A stretch of DNA of 64,000 nt from assembly GCF_009914755.1 (NCBI RefSeq), contig NC_060946.1. One strand, 5' to 3'. Source of the stretch: the human T2T-CHM13v2.0 reference genome, Homo sapiens. Each line of letters begins with the position of its first letter. The stretch's first letter is position 1. The notes under the pieces are model-generated. The model worked only from the letters and a program-made list of their open reading frames with translations, was not told the origin of the DNA and did not search any database. The position numbers were made by a program, and so were the translations under genes. This document shows positions 13,940-30,608 of this stretch, piece after piece.

Positions 13940-14900
13940 ATAATCATCAGACAGTCCCTGCCTTTAAGGAGCTTACAATCTAATATGGAGACCAACAGGC
14001 ATACACAAGGAACTAACTATGGTTCCTGGCAGCCTGGCAGAAAGTAGTGCCACAAGACAGGCATACTTGCAGTGGTGAGGAGGGTGAGATAAGACAGCAA
14101 AAGGAGCTTGCTGGCAGGGGCAGCATTTGAGTCAGGCCTGGAAAGGTGAGGAAGAATTGCAACAGGTGGACGAGGTGAGGAAGACCTTCCAGGCGGATGA
14201 ACACAACAGTGCCAAGGCAGAAAGTACAAAGCATCTTCTGGGAAAGTCTAACAGTCCGATTTGGCTAGAAGATAGAATTTGGCAAAGAAGGGAGAAATAA
14301 ATCTGGGGAAAAAGACTGGGGTTGGGCTGTGGACGTGTAGATGGGTCCTGAAACCTATGCTTACATATTTTTGTAGACATGGGGTCTCTATGTTGCCCAG
14401 GCTGGTCTTGAACTCCTGGACTCAAGTGATGCTCCCACTTCAGCCTCTCAAAAGTGTTGGGATTACAAGTGTGAGCCACCATGCCTGGCAAGATGTGTGG
14501 ATCTTTTTCATAGTGAATGGGAAGCCCTTTGGAGGTCTCTAGGTGGCTGGTGACATGGGTGGGCTGGGTTGACAGGAGCAGAGACCGGAGGTAGGAGCAG
14601 TCGCTAGGAAGCTGCAGTAATGGTCCAGGGGTATTAATGTCACAGGCATGAAATACTTGAAGGAGAGTGGTGGCTTCAGGAATGGAGACGATGTGAGCTC
14701 TGCATGCAGCAGAATCAAAACAACCTGACAACTGCCCAAATGGAATGAGCATGGTGGAGTGAGGAATGATGCCCAGGAGGATGGTGATGCCACTGATGGG
14801 GAGAGGGGAAACCAGGTGGCACAGCTGGGTAGAGAAGCAGGTCAGTTTCATTTCAGAGCTGCAAAGTTTAAGTTGCTGGTAAGATACGCAGATGGAGGTA
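13940..14900 (-). mobile_element. L2 fragment interrupted by an Alu monomer (~14365-14490)
   Basis: Purine-rich L2 antisense pattern (ccctgcctttaaggagcttacaatcta...; ggaagctgcagtaatggtccagg). Confidence 0.6.
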
Positions 14901-15152
14901 TCTAGTCAGGAGAAAGAAATCACCAAGTCATGGGCTATCGGGGCAGGAGGGAAGCCATCAAGTCCAACTATCGCATCAACACAGTCATGCGTTGCTTAAT
15001 GACAGGGGCATGTTCTGAGAATCGTTAGGCGATTTTGTTGTGTGAATGTCATAGAGTGTACTTACACAAACCTAGATGATGTAGCCTACTACAGACCTAG
15101 GCTATATGGTACGGCCTATTTCTCCAAGGCTACAAACTTGTATAGCATGTTA

Positions 15153-15536
<384 letters not shown>

Positions 15537-15630
15537 CTATAAAAGATAAAAAATCATACACCTATATAGGTCACTTCCCATGAATGAAGCGTACAGGACA
15601 GGAAGTTGCTCTGGGAGAATCAGTGAATGA

Positions 15631-16348
<718 letters not shown>

Positions 16349-16624
16349 TAACTTTATTTATAAACACCGTAAAAAATTTACGTAAATTTAGGCTGCACTA
16401 AATTTATAGAAAATATTTTTCTTTCTTCCATAATAAGTTAACCTTAGCTTACTGTAACTTTTTACTTTGTAAAAGTTTTGATTTTGTTAACTTTTTGACT
16501 CTTTCGTAGTAACACTTAGCTTAAAACACAAACACATTGTACAGCTATACAAAAATATTTTCTTTCTTTATATCTTTATTCTATAAGCTTTTTTCTACTT
16601 ATAAATTTTCTATTTCTTTTTTAC

Positions 16625-16921
16625 TTTTTTTTTTTTTGAGACAAAGTTTTACTCTTGTTGCCCAGGCTTGAGCGCAATGGCGCTATCTCGGCGCACTGAA
16701 ACCTCCACCTCCCGGGTTCACGCCATTCTCCTGTCTCAGCCTCCTGAGTAGCTGGGATTACAGGTGCCCGCTACCACGTCTGGCTAATTTTTTGTATTTT
16801 TAGTAGGGACAGGTTTTACCATGTTGGCCAGGCTAGTCTCAAACTCTTGACCTCAGGTGATCTGCCTGTGTCGGCCTCCCGAAGTGCTGGGATTAATAGG
16901 CGTGAGCCACCGCTCCTGGCC
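16625..16921 (-). mobile_element. AluS
   Basis: Full dimer inside the Tigger3. Confidence 0.9.
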
Positions 16922-18405
16922 TTTATTTTTTATTTTTAACATTTTTAACTTTTTTGTTAAAACTCAGACACAGATACACTAGCCTAAGCCTACACAGGGT
17001 CAGGATGCTTAGTGTCACTATCTTCCACTACCACATCTTGTCCCGCTGGACGGTCTTCAGGGCAATAACACGCATGGAGCTGTCATCTCCTATGATAACA
17101 AAGCCTTTTGCTTGAATACCTCCTGAAGGACCTATCTAAGACTGTTTACGGTTAAATTTTATTTTCTTATAAGTAGGAGGAGTGTACACTGTAAAATAAC
17201 AATAAAAGTGTAGGATAGTAAACACATAAACAAGTAACAGTCATTTATTACCATTATCAAGTATGATGTCCTGTACACAATTGTATGTGCTATATTTTAT
17301 ATGACTGGCAGCACTGTAGGTTTGCTTACACCAGCATCACCACACACGTGAGTCATGCATTTTGCTTTGACATTACGATAGCTATGTAACTAGGTGATAG
17401 AAATTTGTCAGCTCCATTATAACCTTAGGGCACCACCGTGGTATCTGTGGTCTTTCTTGACCAAAACGTTGTTATATGGTACATGACTGTATTTCAATCT
17501 CCATCTGTCCCCTCCCCACCCCTAAGTAACCCTAACCATGGAAGCCCAGGAGGAAGATCAGAGAGGGTCAACTGGAGAAATGACAGTTCATGCTGACCGG
17601 GTTGATAACATTTCCCAGAGAGGGAAAATGTGGTGAAGAGACAAAGGAAAGAAACTAACAAATACTGAATCTATACTGGACTGGACTCTGTACTTCATAT
17701 TAGCCTCAGAATTACCAAAGGAGATGCACCGACGTATACTGATTTTACATATGCACTGATTAAAAGCGCAGGGAGGGTAGGTCTTGAGACTGGGAATCCA
17801 AATTAGGTTTGCCAAGTTATTTTCACAATACACGATACCTCCCATTGGGGAGCACATCCTCTCGGAAGCCTAAAGTTGGGTCAAAGAACAACGACATCCT
17901 AGAACGTCAGAGTGGAAGAGGCCTTAGAGATCACTCAACTCAACTTCTCATTTACAGATGGGGAAACTGAGGCCCAAACAGGGGAAATGACCAGCCCAGA
18001 ATCCCAGTAAGTCGCCAACTCTCCAAGCCAAGAGCGGTCTGACCTAGTTGATGGCGACCCCGCGGGAGAGGGAATTACTCCGCGAAAGGTCGAGGGATCA
18101 AGGTGCTGGGGGAAGTCGGCTAAAGGGGGACGCGGGACCACGAAGCTGGGCAGGCCTTGGGTGGGTGGGGAAGAGCAGCCGGCAGAGTCGCGATGGCAAA
18201 CCTGTCACGACAGAGCTCGCAGGTCCCGAAGTGGGGGTGAGGGTGGGGGTTGAGGATGGGAAGACCTGGGGCAGGGGAACAGCAGGCAGGAGACCGAGGT
18301 GGGGCCTCGGCGGCGGGCGAGGCCTCTTCCGCCCTGCGTTGCCTCCCGCCCTCCCTCCGGGCCGGCCCTCCCCGCCTGGCTGCCCGCCGCGCCCCGGGGC
18401 CTCAC

Positions 18406-18490
18406 CTGCTCCTGCGGGGGCCGGAGCCGGGGCCGCAGCCAGCGAACCCCCGCCAGGGTTGTCAAGGAGCGAAACAAGAGTGTCTTAGCA
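18406..18490 (-). other. DNAL4: DNAL4 non-coding exon 1 (5' end/TSS approximate)
   Basis: Consensus donor CAG|GTGAG (plus-strand ctcacctg at 18401-18408) within the CpG island. Confidence 0.75.
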
Positions 18491-18492
18491 AC
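18480..18492 (+). promoter_or_regulatory. RFX X-box-like motif GTGTCTTAGCAAC
   Basis: Matches the RGYAAC half-site and the overall X-box spacing; lies at the inferred TSS of a ciliary/axonemal gene. Confidence 0.55.
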
Positions 18493-19274
18493 CAGCAAGG
18501 AAGTCCTGCCCCCTCACCGGACGTTGACGAGAATTTCACTTATTATTGGTGGATAAAAGTATCAATCAGAGTGAAAGGCCCTTATAAGTCAGGCGTTTGC
18601 AAGGACAGGGGCGTGGTTTAGAGGCCAGGGAGGCGGGACTTCACTTATAGTTGTCTTAAGCGTGCCCGAGGAGCAGGGGACACATTGAAGTTCTTTTTCT
18701 AGGGAAACAAACTTCGAAAAGCAGTACTGCCTTGGGAGGTTCTTTTAGTCACTTGAAATAACAAATGCAACTTGTTGGTGTCGTGACACTTAGCCACCAC
18801 TTTATTGGGATCTGAAAAGCCTGATAATAACTAGCATTTTTGTAGGGCTGTACAATTAATATCTCACTTGATTCTCATTACAGTACTTTTAGGTGATAAT
18901 ATTCGTCATCCCATCTGAACTAAAGTTCAGAGAGGTTAAGTAACTTGGTAAAGGATGGAGGTAATCTCCCTGGAGAAGGAACCCAGGGGCTCCTTCCTCT
19001 GTGCCACACCCTTGTATGGTCACCTAGCTCTAGTCACTAGGAGACATTTGTACCACCTAATTTCAGACACAGTTGCCCAGAGCCTGCCTTTTCTTCCCCT
19101 TGGGAGGGAAAATTAATCCGAAAGTACGGAGAAGGAAAAGGGGAAAGGGGAAGAACTGGCGGATTCTATTATTTGATTGGTAGATCAAAGGGTCAGTTGG
19201 GTACTTCGTAGTTTAAACCTTTATTATTGTGATGAGTACTTGGGGTGAAACCCCACTGCCACATTTACTAGCAT

Positions 19275-20444
19275 TGAAGCTGTCTTTGCCAAAATTATAA
19301 CTGAGGAAATTATGACAGTGAAAGAGATCAGACCTAACCCACTCCATCTTGCCTTTCTAGCCTTTAAGCTGTCTTTGTTCATTCCTAGGCATAGGCTGAA
19401 CGAACCTTGGGAAGGAATTTAGTTTATAGTTTTACTCTGAAACAAAATTGACAATAGCCCTTTCCCAAAAAGGCTCCCTTCCTGCCTTGGGACCAGTCTG
19501 CCTTTGTAGGACTAACAAATTAGCTACAACATTAGAAATTATGGTTTAGGGGTCACACAGCAGCCTCTGGCTGCAAGAGTCTGAACCTTCCCAAATTGCT
19601 CCTGGGGATAACATCACTATTGTAAAACCTAAGATCAGCGCTTGAGATATTTTGCAGACCCTGCGCTCGATGGATCAGCTGACACCACCCAGACCAGTAA
19701 TGTGGCTCAAACAGTTCTGTGATCCCACCCAGGAACAGAAGACAGCAAGAAAACCTCACTTCGACCCCCTCAGTATTCCATCTTCGACTTAATCAATCAA
19801 CACTCCTCGCTTGCCAAGCCCCTACCCACAAAATTATCTTTAAAACCTCTGATCCCTGAATGCTTGGGTAGCATATTCAACTGCCTCCTAGCCATGTGCA
19901 CCAGAATGTTCCACAAGCCCTTCAAACTCAGTGTGTCCCAAACTGAATTGATCATCTCCCTCCAATCTGCTCTTCCTGCATTCCCCATTCCAGTAAATGG
20001 CACCACCCCCGACCCAGTTGCCTCCATCAGAAAACAGGGGGGAGTCCTTCACCCTTCCCACTACAACAGCCCACTTCCAGTCACAAGCATGCCAATTTCG
20101 ACTCCTCACTATTTCCTGATACAGCCTTTCTGGCCACGTTCATGGCACCCTCCATGTGCACAACACCACAATCCCATCTACCTGAGTGCAATCTCCTGGT
20201 GGGACTCCCTGGCTGCAGTCTTGCACCTCTCTAATTTATCCTCTGTACCATAGTCAACATGACCCTGCCAAAACCCAAATCTCACCGCTGCATTCCTCTG
20301 TTTGAGTAATTTGAGTAATAATAAAACTCCCCTCTCCCGCACAGCTGGCTCTGTTTGAATTACCTTTCTCCATTGCAATCCCCCTGTCTTGATACATCGG
20401 CTCTGTCTAGGCAGTGGGCAAGGTGAACCCATTGGGCAGTTACA
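19275..20444 (+). mobile_element. Solo ERV1 LTR (LTR8 family) with a ~430 bp foreign insert
   Basis: TG...CA termini; 4-bp TSD GCAT (19271-19274 and 20445-20448); LTR8-like ends (gacagtgaaagagatc...; ggcaaggtgaaccc..gggcagttaca). Confidence 0.85.
19873..20298 (+). repeat. Direct-repeat copy of 22360-22798
   Basis: Colinear and roughly 90% identical by eye; the ORF track shows the same peptide (KLSVSQTELIISLQSALPAFPI) at both sites. Confidence 0.95.
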
Positions 20445-21149
20445 GCATCTACTGGGAGCTCAGCCCTCGTCAGGTGCTAGTGATTCAGAGAGGAGTAAGA
20501 TGAGGACCTTGATCCCATGGAAGGCACAGTCCAGTGAACAGACAGCCATGTGAACAAATAGATATAGAATAATTCATTCTACCAATGCTATGGTAGAGGT
20601 GTGGGCAAGATTCTGGCTCTTTCCAAGGAGGGAGTAACTAACTCTCAGAGTGTGGTACTTGAGTTGGCCGAGTCCAGGATGACCCCGGGGGGCTAATTGA
20701 GGGTGGGACAGCATGCTTCACTGGGGAACTGTGGGTGGCTTCGTAAGGTCTGGGTGGAGGGCGAATGTAGGTGTAGGTGGGAGGTGATAGGGGTGAAGAT
20801 GCTAAGGGAAGTAGGGAAGTAGTGAGAAGGGTTTTGAATGCCAAGTTCAGGGACTTGAGTGCTCCCTGGGATGAGGTAAGAATAGGCACGGTAGCTGTTG
20901 GAGGGTTTCAAGATGTGGTCACATTTGTGTTGTGGAAAGATCACTCTGGTGGTGAAGACGGTGAATTGGATTTCGAGTGGGTAGACAGGAGGCAGGCACA
21001 GTGGGTTTGGTTCTGAGAGTTGGCAGCTTGAAGGGTGCTAGGTCCTTGCTGGTTCTTAAGATGCCTCCCTGGTGCGTTCTGATGGTCCGTGGAATGTCTG
21101 ACTCAGCCTCCAGATTTCCTTAATCCTCTTTGCCAACTTTCTCTAGGAG

Positions 21150-23350
21150 ACGGAAGGTAGCCTTTGAGGGGGAGGATGCTCTTGCCTACGTCTTTCATCC
21201 AAATTTCTCCCAAAAGGGGTCCACAGTTGCTGTCTTCTCTTTCTCACCTCCCATTCACTCTTCAGCCCACTGCAATCTGGCTTCCACTCCCACGACACCA
21301 CTGAAATTTCCTCCTCCATGGTTACCAGTGACCTCCTGAAGAGCGGAATCCAATAGACCCTTCAGTCTTTAACTTACTGGACCCAGCCCCACTTCTGGTG
21401 TGAGCCTGTTGACCATGCCCATCTAAATGAACTTCTGTACCCCATTGGTGGCACCTGGAGAACTCTTTACCATATAGATTCTAGGGCCCTACTGCTCCAG
21501 GATGGTGAAAGGCAGGAATGTGTATTTCTCATCAGCACCCATGGTGCACAGTAGAGAATCACTTCTCTATCCCAACACCCAGGGAACCTCACTCTCCTGC
21601 ATGTCCTCAAACCTCTCCTCCTTTTCGGCCTCCTTCTTGGACTCTTCTTTCTTTTTCTTTTTCTTTTTTTTTTTTTTTTTTTTTTTTTTGAGATGGAGTC
21701 TCGCTCTGTCACCCAGGCTGGAGTGCAGGGGCACAATCTCGCAATCTCGGTTCACTGAAAGCTCTGCCTCCTGGGCTCATGCCATTCTCCTGTCTCAGCC
21801 TCCTGTAGCTGGGACTACAGGCGCCCGCCACCATGCCCAGCTAATTTTTTTTTTTTTTTGTATTTTTAGTAGAGACGGAGTTTCACCGTGTTAGCCAGGA
21901 TGGTCTCAATCTCCTGACCTCATGATCCGCCTGCCTCGGCCTCCCAAAGTGCTGGGATTACAGGCATGAGTCACCGAACCTAGCCTTGGACTTTTCATTC
22001 TTTGCTCTCTGTGCCTATCTTGACCCCCTTTTCTTCTCACTAATGCTCTCAAAATTCTTTGTACCTGAGGTCACCTCCTCATCAGTAACAGTGTTCCCCT
22101 GAGTCACATTCCCTGGGGTATTTACTGGAATTGAGGGTAGGGTATGCACTTTTGGAAAAGCCTCCCTGGTGATCCTGAACACTGTCCCAGGGAGCTATGC
22201 CACCCTATGCATATCTTGTTGAGGATTGCTACCTTAGGTACTTTCCCCTGGGGGGTCTCCTCCACTACCAAGGTTTCCATTGTCAATGTCCTTCTAAATT
22301 CTGATGCCTCCTGTATTTCTTTTTCTATATTAGACCTCTCTCTGGAGCTCTGGACCCAAATATTCAACTGCCTCCTGGCCACGTCCACCAGAATGCTCCA
22401 CAAGTCCTTCAAACTCAGTGTGTCCCAAACTGAATTGATCATCTCCCTCCAATCTGCTCTTCCTGCATTCCCCATCTCAGTAAATGGTGCTACCCCCTAC
22501 CCCCCACCAGTTGCCTCCATCAGAAACCAGGGAGTCGTCCTTCACACTTCCCACTACCATCGTCCACTTCCAGTCAATCAAAAGCATGCCAATTTTGACT
22601 CCTAACTGTTTCCTGATACAGCCTTTCTGGTCATGTTCATGGTATCCTCCATGTGCACCACACCACAGTCCCATCTCCATGAGTGCAACAATCTCCTAGT
22701 GGGACTCCCTGGCTGCAGTCTTGCCCCTCTCTAATTTATCCTCTGTACCACAGTCAACATGACCCTGCCAAAACCCAAATCTCACCGCCGCATTCCTCCG
22801 TCCGATAACTTCTTCTCTCCTTCCATGGCTTCCCATTGCCTAAGGGTGACATTCACCTGCCCTGTCCTGGCATTTAAGCCTCCCCATGGCGTGGCCCCGG
22901 GCTCCCCCATCTTCTTCTTGCTGCTCCATCCCCTGTGCTTTACGCCTCCACTACACCAACTCTCATGGCTCTCCACACACGCCAAGCTGTTTTTCACCTC
23001 CCTGCCTTTGTTCACAAATTCTCTCTGCCCACATCCTCCCTGTGCTCCTCCCTCCCTCCTTTTGGTTCTATGAGCCCATAAGGTTTTGGCCTAAGCTTGT
23101 ATACTTTGGGATCTCATCTCTTGCAGTCAGAAGAGTCTTTTGTGTTCCTGTCTCATCTGGTGCATGTTCCTGTCACTGCCCTTCGTCACCATTTTGTACT
23201 TGAGTTTCATTCTCTGTCTCCCTTTGTGAGCTCCTGGAGAGCAAGGGCCTTGCCCTCTTCATCTTTGCATCCCATGTACCACACAGGACCTAACCAAGAG
23301 TTGGTGCCCAGTCAATGCTTCGTGAATAAGTGTGTGAATGAATGACTGAG
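21150..23350 (+). mobile_element. L2 LINE remnant (includes donor segment 22360-22798), interrupted by an Alu
   Basis: L2-like motifs (caatctggcttccactccc, tattcaactgcctcct, aaactca..tgtccaaactga) and a 3' end in tgaatgaatga. Confidence 0.7.
21645..21985 (-). mobile_element. AluY
   Basis: Full dimer with long poly-T. Confidence 0.9.
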
Positions 23351-23479
23351 GTGCAGAGGGTCAGACTCTACTGCTCCCAGACTCAGCTCTTGTCAATTCC
23401 AAGACTCAGCCTAGTACCAGCTACACCCTTTCTTGGGCTGCTCTTGCTGTTTAAAGTGGCTGATGGTGGACACCCAGGA

Positions 23480-24840
23480 ATCAGCAATTGGATCAGTTGC
23501 AAGTAACAGAGATTGGAAAAATAGTGGCTTAAACAATGCAAAGTGTTTGTTTTTCTCATGTAACAAGAAGTAATTCAGGGCTACCAGGCATGGGTCTCCA
23601 TGGTCTCATCAAGGACCCAGCTGAGCCAGCACAAGATCCACACCCCCATACCTCCAGCATCTCACTTGCACCCAGGTAGTAAAAGGGGGAAGGACAAAGG
23701 ACAAACTAATGATTGCTAACTGGGTCAGTGCCCTTAAATGACACTTCCTCTAGCATCTCATTGGTCAGAATGATGTCACATGATGATCTTAGCTGCAAGG
23801 GAGGCTGGAGAATATATTTTAGCAGGGCCTATTGCAGCCTCCAATAGAATTGTGGTTCTGTTTGTAAGGAAGCAGGGAAATGTAGACACTGAGTCTGCCT
23901 ACCCACCCAGTTGCCATCTTCCCAGCCTTCTTTGCTGTGAGAGTTGCTATTGAGTATGGGTACTGAGTAGCACATACTCAGGGAAGTTGGGTCCAGTCCC
24001 AAAGGATGAGTCCTGTCTAGTTTAAACCAGTCATGGTACTCCCATTTCCGCCCGAGATGGGTTTGGGGTGAGCATGTGACCTACTTCTGGATAATGAGAC
24101 ATAATTGCCTTCTGAGGGCTTTCCAGAGAGTTTTCCTCCCTCATAAAGAAACAGATGTGATGAGGTAATCACCTCCCTTTTTTCCTGTCTTGAACACAGT
24201 TGGGCGATGACGTGATCCTGAAATAGCCTTGGTAAGCTACATCCATGAGTGGTCAGGGCTACAGGAAGCCAAATGCGGAGGATGGTGGAGCAGGGAGATG
24301 GGAGATTCTGGCTTCATCGAGTCTTTGAGTGGCTGAGTTGACCAATCTTGAAATTGCCTACCTCCAGGCTTCTTGTATAAGCCACATTTTAACCATATGT
24401 TCTGCTACTTGCAGCTGAAAATACCTGATATTTGTGATTTGTCTGTCTAGCATCCTTCCCTTTGGGAAACAGCACCCTTTCTTTTTTGGGGGAACTCCTA
24501 TCCTCACTCAACCCTGTGGTTCTAGTTGGGGATGGTATTCATTGTACCTCATCCTCCCTGGGGAAGGATTCCTGATCCAAGCTGAAGCAGTCATAATCCT
24601 TCCCTGAGATTGTTTTTTTAAACTAAGCATAGACTTGAGCATGCTAAGGAGCCTCTTAGAGCAAGCCAACCTGGAGGAATACAGACACTCAGAAGGCATG
24701 AGGGACAGGGAACCAAAGAGCCTTGCTGGAGGTCCAGTTGTCCTTGAGGCCAGCTGTTCCCATAGGTTGATTATGAGAGTTCATAGATGCCCCACTTTTT
24801 GCCTACACTGGTTCAGGTTGAATTTCTGTTACTTCTGACA
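23480..24840. mobile_element. Old MaLR (MLT1-type) LTR fragments
   Basis: MLT1-like motifs (agttgcaagtaacaga...gtggcttaaac; ttagctgcaagggaggctgg; tgctacttgcagctgaa). Confidence 0.5.
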
Positions 24841-25083
24841 CACATGGGGCCTGAACCTCCTTCTTCCCCTACCTAAGTCCTTCCCATCCTTCACATTTCC
24901 ACTTGGTTGCCTTTTTATAGCCAATTCTTTGCTGGAGTTAGCTGCTGAGGACATAGGGATTATTGAGACTCAGTCCTCACAACCCAATGGAAAGACAGAT
25001 ATAGACAGTCACAATCCTGGGGGGGCAAGTACTACAAGACACAGAAAACCTCAGGCCAAGGTGACTGATTTATTTTTGTAACC

Positions 25084-25466
25084 TGATGTGGTTTGGATTT
25101 GTGTCCCTGCCCTAATTTCAAGTCAAATTATAATCCCCAGTGTTGCAGGGGCGGGCCTGGCGGGAGGTGATTGGATGACGGAGGCAGATTTCCACCTTTG
25201 GTGCTATTCTTGTGATAGTGAGTGAGTTCTCACAATATCTAGTTGTTTAAAAGTGTGTAGCGCCTCCCCGCATGCCTCTTCCTTTTGCTCCGGCCATGTG
25301 AAAACATGCCTGCTTCTTCTTCACCTTCTGCCATGATTGTAAGTTTCCTGAGGCCTTCCCGGCCATGCTTCCTATAGAACCTGCAGTACTGTGAGCCAAT
25401 TACACTACTTTTCTTTAAACCAGTCTCAGGTATTTCCTTATAGCAGTGTGAGAACTGACTAATCCA
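25084..25466 (+). mobile_element. MST-family (ERVL-MaLR) solo LTR
   Basis: tgatgtggtttgg...ccatgattgtaagtttcctgagg...gactaatcca; 5-bp TSD taacc/taact. Confidence 0.85.
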
Positions 25467-26593
25467 TAACTCTAGTGTCTAACAAAGGGTCTGGCACAGA
25501 GTGTTGGTGTGATGAATGAATGAACACATGTACCAATTTGGTTAGAGGAAAAAGCCTTTTCACCGTATGTAGCTTATGGTCAATGCTCTTATCCCTAGGG
25601 TTTTGCTCTCATGGCCCAAGCTATTTCACACCACATCCCATCCCATGCGACAGGATGGAGGAAGGAAGGGAGAGGAGGGGAACGGCATGCCATCTCCATT
25701 TAAAGATTCAGCTGGGAAGCAACGTGCATCATTTTACTCCATCCCATTGCCCAGAACTTAGTTGTGTGGCTTAACCACAAGGAAATCTGGGAAATGTAGT
25801 CTTTATTCTGGATGGCCATATTTGCGCCTAGCTAAAAACCAGGTGTGTGCGAGGGGTTCTATTTCCATGAAGGAGATAGGAGAACAGGTATTGATGTCCA
25901 ACTAGCGCCTCTGCCACAGTGGGGCTTCGGAATAAGGCAGATGTGATTTCAAATCTCAGCTTCTCAGCTCTGTGATCTCAGCAAGTCACTAGACCTCTCT
26001 GAGCCCAACCCTCTTCATCTATAAAATGGGAAGGGTCATGAGGGTTGGATGGCATAACTTGCACGCAGCACTTTACGGGGGATTAAATGTCTGTCGCTCT
26101 CCTCTTTACCCTCCAGCGAAAGGACTCATGCTTGAATTCTAGCCCTGTCTCTAAGGTTCTATGTGACCTAGACTCCTGGGTCCTCTTGCTGGAGGAAGAG
26201 GTATTTAAGGCTTGGCTGGAGGATCACTTAGCGGGAAGTTGAGAAGGAGATTTAAGATCATATAGGGGGCTGGACGCAAAGATCTGAACCTGAGATTATA
26301 GTATAGGTTTTTGACACCTGGGGTGAGTGTGTGTTGAGTGTTATGAAGCTTCTCCCGGGACAGCACACACACATGTTGCCCTACTCAGGCAAAACAGATA
26401 GACTTGAACAACAGCTTCTCTGTTCAGATACTGCAGGGATGTACCTCCAGTTCCACTATTTGAGTGTCACTTGTTTGTGTATATGGCTGCCTTGTTCTGG
26501 ACTGAAAGCTCCTGGGAGCAGGAAAAATCATTATATTTATTGAGCAGCTGTTATTTGCCACTTGATTTATATTTTCTTTTTTAGTTCTCACTA

Positions 26594-27202
<609 letters not shown>

Positions 27203-27442
27203 TTAGGCTCTCCTACCCCCATCCCTGAGCACCTCTCACTCCATTCCTGACGAGGCAGTTCTCCAGTTTCCTGGGGGTTGCTTCATGCTAGGTCCAGATG
27301 ACCCAAAGGTGGGGAATGTGGCTCAGCTGTAAGCTTGGATCCTTTCCCAGAGCACAGCTAGCTTCAGGCTAGCTGTGACAAAGTCTTTGTTACAGCTCCC
27401 TGGGGCTTGTTCTTGGAGCTCCCCACCCCGGGCACTCCCTAG

Positions 27443-28247
<805 letters not shown>

Positions 28248-28302
28248 TAGAAGGAACCAATTTTTGGTTTTATTGGTTCTCTCTATAATATTTTTGTCTT
28301 CT

Positions 28303-28591
<289 letters not shown>

Positions 28592-29169
28592 TTGTCTTCT
28601 ATTGTATTAATTTCTGCTATTATCTTTATTACTTCCTCTACTTTCTTTCTGTTGGATTTACTCTTTCCAATTGCTTGAGATGGAGCCTTAATTGACTATC
28701 AGCCTTCCTTCTTTCCTAATGTATACATTTATGCCTACCAATATCCCTCTAAACATAGCTTCAACTGCATCTCACATGCTTTGCTGTTCCACATTTTCAT
28801 TATCATTTAGTTAAAATTGTCTAATTTCTATTATGATTTCTTCCTTTATCCGTGAGTTATTTAGAAGTGTTTTGCTTAATTTGTAAACATTTGGATATTA
28901 TCTAGATTCTTTTTTTTTTTTTTAAGATGGAATCTTGCTATGTTGCCCAGGCTGGTCTTGAACTCCTGGGCTTGAACTCCTGGGTCTTGAACTCCTGGGC
29001 TCATCATCCTGCCTCAGCCTCCCGAGCAGCTGAGATTATAGGCATGAGAAACCACACCCAGCAGGGGCTATGTATTTTTTCAAAAACATTGATTTCTGGC
29101 TTCCTACTTAGTATGCTTTCATTCTCAAAAATTCATTGAAACTTACTTTTAACCCAGGCATGTCAATCA

Positions 29170-30005
<836 letters not shown>

Positions 30006-30009
30006 GACA

Positions 30010-30338
<329 letters not shown>

Positions 30339-30427
30339 TGAAAAGAATATCTATTCTGTAGTTGCTCTATTAGGTCAAATTTGTTCAATCATTTTGCCAA
30401 ATTTTCTATAACCACACTGGATATAAT

Positions 30428-30587
30428 TTTTTTGTTTTTTGAGACAGAGTCTCCCTCTGTCACCCAGGCTGGAGTGCAGTGGTGCGATCTCCGCTTGCTG
30501 CAACCTCCGCCTCTTGGGTTCAAGTGACTCCCCTGCCTCAGCCTCCTGAGTAGCTGGGATTACAAGCATGAGCCACCGTGCCCGGCC
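30428..30587 (-). mobile_element. Monomer-length chimeric Alu (left-arm start joined to right arm)
   Basis: Reads GGCCGGGCACGGTGGCTCATG directly into CCCAGCTACTCAGGAGGCTGAGGCAGG. Confidence 0.75.
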
Positions 30588-30608
30588 AGATGTAAAATTT
30601 TTTTCTGC

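Larger units (their letters stand above)
18050..18680. promoter_or_regulatory. DNAL4: CpG-island promoter of DNAL4
   Basis: High GC and CpG density; GC boxes (ggggcgtgg ~18607); ETS-like aggaagt ~18498. Confidence 0.88.

Noticed and set aside
14132-14851. 239-aa minus-strand ORF
   Set aside because: Runs through degenerate L2 sequence and an Alu monomer; no intact RT or endonuclease motifs
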